Positions 13,071 to 25,057 of a stretch of DNA of 54,926 nt are shown here, in pieces (position 1 is the stretch's first letter; every line of letters begins with the position of its first letter). The stretch comes from Prorocentrum cordatum (taxonomy: Eukaryota), in contig CAUYUJ010000199.1 of the NCBI GenBank assembly GCA_963575745.1, forward strand, positions 62,001 through 116,926, given 5' to 3'. Below the pieces are notes generated by a model. It searched no databases. It was not told the origin of the DNA and was given only the letters and a program-made list of their open reading frames with translations. Both the position numbers and the translations under genes were made by a program.

Positions 13071-13368
13071 GCGCGGCGGCGGGCGAAGAAGGACGAGGGG
13101 GATGAGGGAGAGGAGGAGGAGGAGGAGGAGGAGGAGGAGGAGGAGGAGGAGGAGGAGGAGGAGGAGGAAAACCGCTGGGGGACAACTGGCCGCCGCGTCG
13201 TTCGGCCATCTGCGACCGCGGAGGTCCGCGCCGAGGCGGCCGAGGCGCGGACAAGAGGAGCAGCCCGAGTCCAGGAGGGGGCCCGAGGCTCCTCGGGCCC
13301 TTCCGCGTCAGGGGAGGCCGGGCACGCGAGAGGACCGTCGAGCAGTGGCGAAGCGTCCCGGCGTGCCT

Positions 13369-13702
13369 TAAAACGACGCGAAGATCGGGACAAAATCGGA
13401 TCGGGATAACTCGAAATCTCTGAGAATCGGCGGGTTTGGAGGATGTATTGGGCGCCGCGGCCGCTCCAGAGCGTTCCGGAACGCTCTGAGAGCGCTCCGG
13501 AACGCTCTGGAGCGATTTATCCCGATCCTAGCCCTGTTTTACATTCCTCGATACAGGGCCGCCTCCGGCGCCCGGAGGCGCCGGGGAAATCAGCTACGTG
13601 AGCTGCTTCTCAAACCCCCCCTTTTCGGGGGAGCGTAAGACCTGGGTTTGCCAGGACTCGGGTTCGCCATCGTTTTTTGACGACCGCGCCTCGGTCTCGG
13701 CC
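13369..13702. repeat. Near-identical copy of 37740-38072 (composite transposon fragment)
   Basis: About 333 bp with only ~3-4 visible differences. Inserted into a repeat starting cagtggcgaagcgtcc (13343; related copy at 15221). Confidence 0.9.
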
Positions 13703-14143
13703 TTGTTTCATGCCTGTAGGCCTACCAGGCAATGTTCTAAGACCCTCCTGTGGTCTGCACGAACTGCTCTCAGAACGTTTCTGGCCGGGGCTGCCTTGCT
13801 TCAACACATCGGGTCAGTGTTCTGAGAACACGGCTTGTGTTCTCAGAACGTGTTTGTTGGGGGTTCTAGGAGCGTGTCGTGGTAGGCCTGTAGAGATGCC
13901 GGACGGTCGGTCCCTGCTTCATCGCGAGAGAGCGGAGCATTGTCAGCCAAGACGCTGGCATCTATACGCCACCACCGTGCCAGATCAGGGCCATCCTGGG
14001 CCGTAGGATGGTGTGTAGACCCTCCGGGCTCGGCCAGGAGGGCGTATACACCATCCTGGGGCCCAGGATGGCCCTGGCATGGCACGGTGGTGGCGTACAG
14101 ATGCTTTCTGCGCAAGCCAAGACGCTGGTAGAAGGACCGCTTG

Positions 14144-14373
14144 TCAGAGACCCGAATCATCAGGGGTAACTCGGGTCAGGGCTAACTCGGGTTCGTTTTT
14201 CGGGAATCCGAACCCGAGTTGCCCCAGGCCCGAGTTACCCCGGATAACTCGGGCGTCCAGAGCCCCAAATCATCAGGGATAATTCGGGTCAGGGCTAACT
14301 CGGGTTCGTTTTTCGGGAATCCAAACCCGAGTTACCCCGGACCCGAGTTATCCCTGATAATTCGGGCGCCCAA
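14144..14373. mobile_element. Dimeric palindromic MITE family B, 5-bp TSD
   Basis: Two tandem ~113-bp self-complementary units (gggtaactcggg...cccgagttaccc); perfect TSD gcttg. Second copy at 29726-29955 with TSD tgtat. Confidence 0.85.
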
Positions 14374-14504
14374 GCTTGGGGCTCGGAGGAGGGGCTCGTC
14401 GATGCTCCTCAGGCCCCTCCGTGGTCGCCCCCCTGGCGCTCCTCGTGCGCCCAGGCGCTGCTGGCGCCCAGAAGCGGCTTCTCCCCCGATTCAGCGTTCC
14501 TGAT

Positions 14505-15046
14505 TATCGGGGGCGGAAAAGGTCAGGAGGAGAAAAAAACACACAGGCACAAGTCATCGTCGGTCCCTAAGAAAATATGGTAAAATATGGGAATTGGGCG
14601 GGAAGACAAAAACCCAGAAAATGTATGAAAATATGGGGAATCGTTTTATTTGTGTGTATTTATTTGTGTGTCCCAAGGCCCCTTCAAAAGAGGGTGGTGA
14701 TGACTAGAGGGGGGTGGATATCCTGGCGCCGGCCATGATATCTCCGCAGATTTCATGGCGCCTCTGCTTATTTCATTACGCCCCAGGCCCCCCCGCTGGG
14801 CCGCGCACATGCCGCCAGTCATGATTTGCACCCCCCCCTCTTGGACACCCCCCTCTTGGCCGCTCCCGAGATTGGGGGAACAAGAAGTGACATAATCATA
14901 ACAACTCGGAGGTTCGCGCGGATTTCTCGGATCGGCGCTGGACCCCCCTCCCTGGCGCGCGGAGCGCGCCAGGGGCCCCCGCGCCGATCCGAAAAGTCCG
15001 CGCGGACCTCCGAGTTTTTATGTTTATGTCATTTTTTGTTCCTCTA
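14505..15046. mobile_element. Three-level nest: fold-back MITE > family D > family C
   Basis: Outer element ta..ggggaacaa...ttgttcctcta with TSD ctgat (14500-14504, 15047-15051) and hairpin body 14875-15046. Family D at 14507-14869 (TSD gatta/gattg). Family C at 14523-14686. Confidence 0.8.
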
Positions 15047-16029
15047 CTGATGGCAGCGCCTCGATTGTATCTTGGACCGGCGCCGGGCCCCTTGGGGCGG
15101 CGCTGCAGCGCGCGAAGAGCGGCGCCTCCGACGCTCGGCAGCGGGGCCGGCCCACAGCTCGGAGGCTCCGCAGGAGTTGGAGCGGCCGGATTGTGCGGCT
15201 CCGTTCGGTCTGGGGTCGAGCAGTGGCGAAGCGTCCTGGCGGAGTCTGTCTTGTTTGAACACATAGTTTGTTCCTAAGACCCGTTGTTTTGTTCTTAGAA
15301 ACTTGCTGGGTTCTAGGAACATTTCGTGGTAGGACTACAGGAATGCCGGGACGGTTGGTCCCTGCTCAATGGGGGGCGCTCAGCGGGCCTCTTGGGCCGT
15401 CGACGGCCCTGAGGGAGGTTGTCAAGGCCTGCAGGGGTCCACGCATCGAGCAAATTGGAGCGGCAGATGTCTGGAAGAGGGGGCGTGGGAGGGGCAGGCC
15501 CTCTCAGAAGGCGGTGGCGCTTCTCAGAAACCCTCGCGCCTTCTGAGAGGTTTTCTGTCTTCGTGAAGGTTCCAAGAACTTCTCGGAAGGCCAGAGGGCT
15601 TCTAACAAGCCCTGCCGCCTTTGAGAAGGCTTGTCCCCTCTCGCTTCCTCATTGTGCTCGCCACCGAGACGCGTCCATTGGACCCAGTAATCGATTTGGG
15701 GATCGGCTTGGGCTGCTTTCTCTCACCGCGAGCGCAGAGAAGCGTGGCTGTTCGTTCATCAGTTTCCCCGCTTAGAAAAATGTGCGGGGTTTCCTGGTTT
15801 GCGCTTGCACGTTAAGGATGTGCAGCATACATTTTTCGGCGTCGTTGTCACCCTGGCTCCGCACGTTTAGTCTCTTGCTTCCCCCGCCCCCCCCGAACCC
15901 TCTTTACAACGCGTGCCCTTGCATTCGCAGTTGTGTTTTAGTCTCGACGGGTTGTTTTCTCCCACCGCGAGCGCGGAGACACGTGGCTGTTCGTTCATCA
16001 GTGCCCCCGCTCAGAAACATGTTCGGTGT

Positions 16030-16270
16030 GTCCTGACTTGAGCCTCTTCGGGCCCTCCAGGAGGACCTCTCGCAGGCCTTTTGGTCTGTCTTGGGGGCCT
16101 CTTTGGAGGCCTTTTGGGCCGTCGTGGTGGCTTCTTGGGCGGACTTGGAGACATCTTGGACCCTCTTGGGCCGTCTTGGAGGCCATCTTGGACCATCTTA
16201 GGTGGACTCGGAGGCCATCTCGGTTGTCTTGAAGGCATCATGGAGGCCATGTGGGGCCATCTTGGGCGTG
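16030..16270. repeat. Degenerate ~11-bp-period repeat (gcctcttgggg-like)
   Basis: Recurring tcttggaggcc/tcttggg. Similar tracts at ~28860-28940, 32915-33012, 39820-39900, 47408-47505 and 52110-52270. Confidence 0.7.
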
Positions 16271-16519
16271 AGCGGCATTGACGTGTGCAGTTTGCGGCCC
16301 CTTCGGCGGGGCCGGCGCGCTGGTTCGAAGCCCCAAAGGGGGGGGGTTCTAGAATAACCCAAACCGTCTAGGCTCTGGCACGTCTGGCAGCCCTGTGGCA
16401 AGCCAACAGGGGGCTGCGGATGACGGGAAGCGTCTTGGAGGTACGAGAAGCGAGCTGGACGTTTTGGCTGAATCTGCGACATATTCAAACATCTCTTACT
16501 AATATGGGGTAGCTGACTG

Positions 16520-17400
16520 CATCTGCCCATTCGTTAGCGGATCCCCCCAACAAGCGATCTCGCCTGAGACATCTCTACAAAAATGAGATCGTCGCAACAT
16601 CGCGTTTAACAAACAAAGCGTTTCGCTCGAGACATTCTCGAAAATCTGAGATCCGCGAAATTCGCGAATATGTAAACATTGGCGTTTCGCCTGAGACGCC
16701 CTAGCCAAAATGAGGTGTCGGCGGAGGTGTAGTATTACCCTTTACGTTGAAAACTACGCTTTCGCTAGGGACGTCGTCAGAAAATGAGCGGCAGCACGGC
16801 AATCTAGCAAAAAAGAGCACGGCCGAAAATTTGCATCTCGCTGGGGACATCTTCAAACATATGAGATCTTCAACATCGTCGTGACATTTTTCTGGAAGTG
16901 CGTCAAGATGAAGACATGAGCCCAAAAGGACCCAAAGACGGCTCCAAGAGCGCCCGACATATTGCAGAAAATGCCGATTTCGCTAGGGACATGCTCAACA
17001 CATGAGAGAGAAATAGCATCTGTTTGAAAACTGCTGATCTAACATCGTCTTGGGAACATCTCTTGAGAAGGCTTCCCGACGGCCCGAGTCAGTCTTCTGA
17101 CATGACGATTTCGCTACGGACATCTTCAAAACAGAAATGTGAGTGACATCGCATTGGCATCGTTTTTGATGGCATCGAAACGGCCCCGAACGAGCCCCAA
17201 ACGAGCCCCAACATGACCCCAAGAGCGCCCTCGAGATTCCTCAAAATGCGAACTTCGCTCGATACATCCTAAAAGCATGAGTTGTTCGCAACACCGTCTT
17301 TCACACACATAAGCATTTCGCTTGAGACATCCACCAGAAAACGAGAGCAGCGAATTTAACAGACGTATGGACACATTTTAACACATAAACAGAAACTTTT
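16520..17400. repeat. Degenerate repeat with recurring (t)ttcgcyygagacat motif
   Basis: More than ten variants of tcgcctgagac / tcgctcgagac / tcgctagggac. Confidence 0.6.
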
Positions 17401-17645
17401 GGCGCTCCGCGCGGATAGCTTGGATCCATACCTCCATACCGGGCCCCCTCTGGTGGCGCCTCCGGCACCGCCCCTGGCGCGCTTCTCTGCCGTCCCATCC
17501 CGAGCCCCGGCGGCGCGGTCAGGAGGCGGCCATGGCGGGCAGAGGCTGCCTCCCCGCGTGCCGCGCGCTCCCCAGCCGCCCGAGTGGCGAGGAGGAAGAG
17601 GAGGAGGAGGAGGAGGAGCAGGAGGAGGAGGATGAAGTGGAGGAG

Positions 17646-17676
<31 letters not shown>

Positions 17677-19649
17677 GAGGAGGGGGAGGAGGAGGAAGGA
17701 GGATGAGTAGTCAGGGGGGTCAAGGTGAGGTGGATGAGGAGGGGGGAGGAGGTAAAGAGTCGATGGGTCCAATCCTCGTATGCGCCACCAGCGCAGTTCG
17801 CGGGCATTGGATGGGGATGAGGGCAGGGCAGCAGGAGGAGGAGGAGAAGGGAATATATTTTGAGGGTAGGATGGAGAGGAGGAGGAGCAGGAGGAGGAGG
17901 AGGAGGAGGAGCAGGAAGAGTAGTAGCAGGAGCAGGAGCAGGAGGAAGAGGAGAAGGAGAAGAAGGAGGAGGAGGAGGAGGAGGAGCAGGAGCAGGGGGA
18001 GGAGGAAGAAGAGGACGATGATACCCATGCGTGTGACCATGTGACACGCTTGATGTTTGCTTGGTGTTGCTCGAGTCATTCGGTCAGAGTCTTCGAGGGC
18101 ATTTGATCGAATGTTCATCACGAGTCGGAGTTGGATTGGGTTGATGCTGGCAAACCCAGCTTAGCACAACATAGGCAGAGTAGGACAGTTAGTGCCCGCA
18201 ACCGCGGCAGTCCTGAAGTTTCTGAACCACAGTGAGTTTGTCGTGCCATTATGAAAGACGGTACTGTTAATCAGCCTTTTCGGGGCCCTCATGGGAGTCT
18301 GTGGCGGTACTCTTGGGACATCGTGGGCGTTTCTGGTCCACTTTCTGGGCCTTCGTGGTCCAGTTCGGGGCCACCCTGAGGCCGACGAGGTCCAGCGGAA
18401 ACCTGCAAAGGTGAGAAGGCGAACTCATTTCAGCACCTCATGTGGGGCTTCTGGAATGCTGGAGTTTTCTGGGGCCACGGAGTCCTTCGGCAGCCAGTCT
18501 CGCCATGGAGGAACGGGTCCTGAGGGCCACGGATCCTGAGGCGTCTCGCCGTTTTCGGGCTCTCCACGGGCCCTCCACGGGCCCGGGGAACGGCCGAGAA
18601 CAAGTCACGACGAAGATCTCGTCCTGGAGGAAGGCCCCAGGGAGGCAGGGGCAGGAGCGACTGGGGCCACCACGAGGGTGCGAATTCGTCGCGCTTCGCG
18701 CTTCGCTGTCTGAGCGATTGCAGAGCGAGGCGCGAGTTCCTCGGTCCTGGTCCGGGTGGGTGGGTGGGGGGGGAGCGGCGCGAAAAGCGCGACGGCAGTC
18801 GCGTTTTGCGGTCTGGGCGATTCCAGATCGAGGCGCGAGTCCCTCATCCTGTTCCGGGGGGGCGGCGCGAGAGCGCGAAGAATATCGCGCCTCGTGGAGC
18901 ACTAAACGCGAAGATTGTTGCCCTAGGAGCGAGCATGGCGCTGCTGGCGAGCGGGTCCACTGAGCACCTGCGCCCATGAAGTGCTTCGGCAGCAAGTCAG
19001 AAAACTACATAAACACAAACTTTCGGAATCGGCGCGGATTTCTTTTATCGGCGGTGGACCCCCTCGCTGACACCAGGGGCGGCGCCGCTGGCGCCGCCCT
19101 GGGAGGCCCCAGCGCTGATCCATTAAATCCGCCCGGACCTTCGGAATTTTATGGTTCTGCGTTTGTTGGTTTTCGAGTAGAGTGCGTCGGCGTCGATCAG
19201 CGCCAGGTCATCGAGAAGATAGTTTTGGTTTCGCGTCGAAGAGCGTCGATTAGCGCCGATTCGTTAGAGCCAAATAAGACATGGAAAGCTCCCATGAGTT
19301 GCCGCAGAAGTGTCCCGGGAGGCCAGCAGGGCTCACGATGTGGAGCTGGCGCATGTCTCTTTTCTTGTCGATGTGGAGCTAATGCGTTGGCTTCAAGCCT
19401 GGGAGGGGCAAGTGAGAGGGGGCAGCAGGTCTTCTCAAAAGGCGGCGGGGCTTCTCAGAGCACCTCGCTCTTTTGAAAAGCAAGCCTCCCAAGCCCGAAG
19501 ATAGAGACGGTTCGCAGAATGCCGAGGTCTTCTAAGAAGCCCCGCCGCTTTCTGAGAACGCCCGCTTTCGCCCCCCCCCCACCCCCCCCTGGGCTCGCCG
19601 CCGAAGGCACCGCACGGCAGGCAACCAAAAGTACGCCTTCCCCTTGGGC

Positions 19650-19845
19650 TCGTTTCGATTCCTCCGATTCGATTCGATTTCGATTCCCGATTCGATTCGA
19701 TTGCGCATTCCGGTTTGGGCTCCGATTCTTCAGTGGAGGCCTACTAGCCTGCCGACGTCTGCCGATTCGCCTTTTCCCGACTCGGCCGTCGATCTCCGTC
19801 GACCCGGTGCATTTCGATCGCCGATCCGATTTCTCGAGTCGATTC
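19650..19845. repeat. Degenerate (CGATT)n simple repeat
   Basis: cgattcgatttcgattcccgattcgattcgatt. Confidence 0.75.
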
Positions 19846-19879
19846 TGTGCTCTCCTCCCCCTTCCCTTTCCGCCTCCCT

Positions 19880-19979
19880 NNNNNNNNNNNNNNNNNNNNN
19901 NNNNNNNNNNNNNNNNNNNNNNNNNNNNNNNNNNNNNNNNNNNNNNNNNNNNNNNNNNNNNNNNNNNNNNNNNNNNNNN
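19880..19979. other. Assembly gap (100 N)
   Basis: Run of exactly 100 N, a typical scaffold placeholder. Confidence 0.99.
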
Positions 19980-20764
19980 GCGGCCGCTCCTTGGTGCGGG
20001 AGCCGCGTACGTAAGCGGCCACGGCCCGCGGCGCTGCTTTGCTCCGCTGCATGCTGAGGGCGCCTTGGGCTGCGGCTCGTCTCCACACGCTTCACGGGAT
20101 TCGAGCCACGCTGTACCAGTCTCGTCGGCTAGCTTTCGGCCTCAGCTCGGCTGTACCTTGGTCGGAAACTGGAACATATACATTACCAGTGGCGTGCTGT
20201 TTTTCAATTCCTGGACTTCTTGAGGGTCAGGGACGACGTCGGGGTGGTGTGGTGTATAGTTGTTTCCCCGTTTTCCTTGGGAAAACGACGAACATGTATA
20301 CACCAGCATCCCGTATACACCAGGATCCGCTTTCTTGTTCGAGTTTCAATGCAGGGCCGACAAAAAGCGTCGGTGTATCGAGTTCGGTTCCCTACTTGGT
20401 CGTCCCCTGTCCACCCCACTCCTCGGGCGAGGAGAACTACGAACATACGCGCAGATCCTGGCCAGGCCCACTCTGGTGTGTGTGTGTGTGTGTGCTTCCC
20501 TGGCCAAACAAGGAGGGCGTATGCACCGATCATGGGCACAGGGTGGGCCCGCCGAGAAGCGGTGTGTATATGTGTGTGTGTGTGTGTGCACAGTTCGGAG
20601 GCCAGCCCAAGGGGGGAAGCGAGAGGGGGCTTTCGGCCGGGGAGGCTTTCGGCCGTCTGACGAGTTGTCCAAAAGCCTTCCCCGTGGGCGCAGAGAGCTG
20701 CGCAGAAGGCGCGGGGGCCTCCGAGAAGCCCCGCCGCCCTCTGAAAAAGGCCCCCCCCCCCGAG

Positions 20765-20885
20765 GTCGTTCTCCCCCTCCTCGTTCTCCTCGCGAGGTTC
20801 GTCCTCTCTCTCCGCCCCCTCCCCCGCGCTGGCCGCCGACCGGCTCTCCTTCCTCGACGCCTCCCCCGCGCCTCGCTTCGCCGAG
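20765..20885 (+). CDS. Candidate exon (SFSPSSFSSRGSSSLSAPSPALAADRLSFLDASPAPRFAE)
   Basis: gag|G acceptor, gag|gc donor, open frame with high GC3. Low-complexity and without homology. Confidence 0.25.
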
Positions 20886-21536
20886 GCGCGGCGGGAGCAG
20901 CCTTTGGCGGCCCGTGCCCGCCAGTCCTCCGCCGCGCCGCCAGGCGGGGGCGTGCGCGCGCGCGCCCCGTCTCTGCCGCCGCGCGTCCTCCCTCCTCCTC
21001 CTCCTCCTCCACCTCCACCTCCTCCTCCTCCTCCTCCTCCTCCTCCTCCTCCTCCTCCTTCCTCCTCCGCGGGCGGTTCCGAGAGGAGGCCGTGAGCCCA
21101 CGGGGTGGAAGCCCAGGGATCCGCGGCTCCGAACACTCGGAGCGGCAGCGGCGCGGGGCTCTCTTCGAGGGCACGGCCTGGCGGCCCCACGCGGCCTCCC
21201 GGGGGCCTCGCCGGGGCGTCTGCGTCCGGTGCGGCTGCCGGGCCCCCACGCGGCGGCGCCGGGCGAGCCGCCCCTGCGCCGTGCGCTGGGTGGACCCCCG
21301 TGCTGCCCCGCGGGCCCTCAGCGGGCCCCGGGACCGTCCACAGAGAACGACGCAGGGCAAGACACTGGCCCCAGGGCCCCATAGGGAGGTGGTCCAGATC
21401 TCGGGGGGGCCCACGCTCCACGCAGCAGACAAGTTGTGCGCAGGGGGTCTGGTTGTGGGTGCATGGGGGGAGGATAGGAGTGGATCTGGGTGCAGGGGGC
21501 AGGAAGGGTAGAGATCGTTTTTCTTTTTCCTCTGGC

Positions 21537-21741
21537 GGGTAACGCTTGTTACCTGGGCCCAACCCCCCGGGTAACGCTAACGATCGTACGTTTTTGGGGG
21601 GTGGAGGGTGGACCCCCCTCCTCTCAGCAGGTATGGCAATTGATGTGCCGATGGCGCGGATGCACCCTGGCGGGCGCGTTCCGCGGCCGCCGTTACCGTT
21701 ACCCGCCGGTCCACCCTCCCCCCGGGTAACAGCCGTTACCC
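21537..21741. mobile_element. Short inverted-repeat-bounded element
   Basis: gggtaacgcttgttacctggg ... cccgggtaacagccgttaccc. Confidence 0.55.
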
Positions 21742-21917
21742 AAAATAACAAACAGTTTCACATGAGTGCAAAAGGGAGGATATGAGGCGTTCCAGAAAGG
21801 GCCTCGGCTTCGAGGATCGGAGGAGCTGCCATCTTTTCCTCGGGCGCAGGGGCGGCGGAAGGCCGCCGCAGGCCGGCGGGAGCAAGAATCGGCGGAGGGC
21901 GTGCGGAGCATCCAGAG

Positions 21918-22270
21918 TTAAGTCGGGCCTGTCCCTCTATCGATTAGACGTAAGAGTGACCTTTCGCCGGAGTGTCCTTTGGTGCGGGCCCAATGGGGTC
22001 CCCCGATCGCCGAACGCGATGCGGTAGTCGCGTCTTGCGCGCTCGTGTTTGGTCCCCCCGCGGCCCCCCCAAAAAGCCGCGCACCAAAGGTCACTCTTAC
22101 CCAGGTTCACTCTTGCGTGTAGTCGATTCTACAATATGAATATCCAAAAGATGCAACATAATCGTACGGTGACGATTTGTCTAACATCTCTTGGCCATTT
22201 TGGAACATGTCTTGGGTATTCGTCATTTTTCGTCGAAGATCGGCCTGTATGGGGGACATGCCCGACTCAA
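21918..22270. mobile_element. 8-bp-TSD MITE (ttaagtcggg family) containing nested family E (21944-22122)
   Basis: TIR ttaagtcgggcctgtccc / gggacatgcccgactcaa; TSD atccagag/atctaggg. Family E TIR (t/c)tagacgtaagagtga.. with TSD tcga/tcga. Confidence 0.75.
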
Positions 22271-22336
22271 ATCTAGGGAGGCGAACCTCGCGTCGCCACC
22301 CCTCGCAGGGGAGGGCGGCGCGGGGGCAAGACGTTA

Positions 22337-22534
22337 GTCGGGCCGGACGAAAGGGTGGGATAGGGAAAGGGGGGGGGTACGAAATTTGCTGCATGCAGCT
22401 GGTTTCGGCCCCACCGAGGGGCCCAGTCCTCGATACATAGCCGCCTCCGGCGCCGGGAGGCGCCCGGAAAATCAGCTACGTGAGCTGATTCTCAACCCCC
22501 CCCTTTGCTATCCCCCCCTTTCGCCCGGCCCGAG
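22337..22534. mobile_element. 3-bp-TSD MITE copy
   Basis: Same family as 10039-10224; TSD tta on both sides. Confidence 0.85.
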
Positions 22535-23764
22535 TTAGGTCCTTTCTTCTAGCTTTTGTACTGTGCAGGCTCGCCTGTCGTCCACCTCACACGTCTACGT
22601 GGGTTCTGACAGCGATTACATACGATGGGCCTGTTTTCCACGACCACCACCACCATACATTGGAATGGTGGAAGAAGGAGGAGGGCGAGCAGGAGGAGCA
22701 GGAGGAGGAGGAGGAAAATGAGGAGGAGGAGGAGCAGGATTAAGAGGAGGAGGAGGAGGAGGAGGAGGAGGAAGAGGAGGACCCCCTCCCCCTCCAACTT
22801 ATGATGGTGGTGGTGGTGGAAAACAGGCCCATCATATGTGGGCTCTCACATCGATTCCATATCTGATAGCACAGCGATTGCGGTTGGCTTTCAGCTAGCC
22901 CTTCATGACGCTTCAGCAGGGGGGTGCGCGACCAAAAGGGAAGGCCGGGGGAAGAAGCCGATTTTACGTTGACGGTGAATGAGGGTACCAAGGTGGAGTT
23001 GGCACTCGAGGGCGGACTCCAGAATTTCGTGAGCCAGGGGGACATTCTCCCGAGAGAGCGCAACGAATTCAATTGCCACCCGATGGGAAAGAAAACCGAC
23101 GCATTCCTTAGAATGGTGATGCTTCGCATCGCAGAGGCGATGGTATGCAAGACACCATCATGGACAGACCCTACCCCAATGAGGCTGCCGAGGCCGTAGC
23201 GGTGCCGGAGCGGGGGCGGAGACGGCCACGACCACGGACGCGAAAGTGAAGGTAATCGTTTATTTCAAGATCCTTTTGTTGGAAGACGGAGGGAACCGGG
23301 TACGTTGGGGTCGCGCCTGCAACCCTCCACAACGACCTGAAACATGCGCATCCGGTGCTGAAGGAGAACGGAGGCTTCGAAGCCGCCAGCATGCTGCTAG
23401 GACGCAATCACGGCCCACGCTCCACCCAGTCGCCGATTGATCGCCGATAGGGCCTTGATGGCCCGTCCCGCCCAGGACCGTTCGGTTGCGCTATCGTTGC
23501 GTGTTGCCGAATTGTTGAGGCCCCTCCTTCTGTTTTCCTTCCTCTGCTAATTTAAGCTGTTCGCGGCCCGCTTAGCTTCGACTGGAAGAGGCTCGCTCTC
23601 GACCCGCGGATCAAAAAGTGTTGCCGATTTGTTGGCGATGTATCGCCGATTCGAATTCGACGTTCCCCCCATAGTGATCCCCCCAGCGTTGCCCTTCACC
23701 CCGAGCGGGCGGAGGCGTCCAAAAGGGGGGTAGGGACTGTCCACCACCTCCGAGAAAAAGCGTG

Positions 23765-25057
23765 TTCCCAAGCATCCCATGTTGAGTTGGGTCCTCGTTG
23801 TGAAGAGACGCTCCCCGCGTCTCCTCCCCTTCTCTCATCCTCCTCCCCCGTCTCCATCCTCCCGTCACCCCCCCTCTCTTTGGCACACCCCTCACACGGC
23901 ACGTTGCGCATCCCCATAGGGAGCTCCACCGAAGGCCCCAGTGGCATGATTCGCATGCCGCCCCCCCTGCGCGTTTGCACACCCCTCGTACGTTTCGTGG
24001 CCCCATTGGGAGCTCCACCGAAGGTCCCAGTTGCATGATTCGCATGCGTTTCCCCCGCTCAGTACAACGTCTCGTGGCCCCATGGTGGGGCCACCGAAGG
24101 CCCCAGCAGCGGTGTCCGTATGCGTTCCCCGAACCCAGTGCAGCTTCGTGGCCCCATATGGAGCCTCACCGAAGGCCCTAGTGCCGGTGTCCGCATGCAT
24201 TTCCCCCCACCCAGAACAAAGTCTCGTGGCCCAACAGGTAGCTCCACCGAAAGCCCTAGTGGCGGTGTCCGCAGAAGTTTCCCCAACCCCGCGTTTCGTG
24301 GCCCCATAGGGAGCCCCAACGAAGGCCCCAGGGAGCCCCAACGAAGGCCCCAACGAAGGCCCGCTCCACCGAAGGCCCCAGTGGCGGTGTGCGCATGTTT
24401 TTTTCTCCACCCAGTATAGCGCTCCGTGGCCCCATAGGGAGCTCCACCAGAGGCCCTTGGCGGTGTTCGCATGCGTCCCACCCACCCAGCACAGCGCTTC
24501 GTGGCACCATGGGGAGCTCCACCGAAGGCCGAAGTGGCGCTGTCCGCATGCGTTTCCCCCACCCAGTACAACGTCTCGTGGCCCCACAGGTAGCTCCACC
24601 GAAGGCCCCAGCGGCGGTGCCCGCATGCGTTTCTCTTACCCAGCACAGCGCTTCGTGGTCACATGGGGAGCTCCACCGAAGGCCCGAGTTGCGCTGTTCG
24701 CATGCGTCTCCCCCACCCAGTACAGCGTTTTGTGGTCCCACAGGGAGCTCCACCGAGCGCCTCAGTGTAGGTTTTTGCATGCGTCCACCCCGCCCAGTAC
24801 AGCGCTTCGTGGCCCCATAAGAAGACCTCAGTGGCGACGTTCGCATTGCGGCCCCGCTCCATTTCGGCACCCCTCACACGTTTCGTGGCCCAATGTGGAG
24901 CGCCACCGGAGGCCCCAATGTCTGCGCCCGCATGCGTCCCCGCCCCATTTCGACACACCATTTGCAAGCTTCGGGGCCCCGTAAAGAGATCCACCGACGG
25001 CAATGCCCACAACGGCGATGCTCACAGCTGCTTATGGTTGGGCCCTTCGCCAGGATA
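23765..25057 (+). mobile_element. Satellite-carrying Helentron/DINE-1-like element, copy 2 (~77-bp monomers)
   Basis: 5' ttcccaagcatcc...gttgggtcctcg, pyrimidine tract, array with gtggc core at 24501, 24578, 24655 (77-bp spacing), 3' atggttgggcccttcgccaggata followed by a T-run. Confidence 0.7.

Noticed and set aside
20039..21751. Overlapping 300-515-aa ORFs on both strands
   Set aside because: They span (TG)n, (CCT)n and MITE sequence; stop depletion is due to extreme GC.
22190..22206. Possible dinoflagellate spliced-leader relic (gccattttgg); also ttttgggcaag at 33006-33016
   Set aside because: Only ~10 bp match to CCGTAGCCATTTTGGCTCAAG. The second is mostly explained by the element sequence present in the empty copy.
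23880..25000. CRISPR-like look (conserved ~40-bp core plus variable segment); also 4695-6490, 41036-41978 and the 29-bp array
   Set aside because: The intervening segments are homologous to each other rather than unique spacers, there are no cas genes, and the context is eukaryotic.
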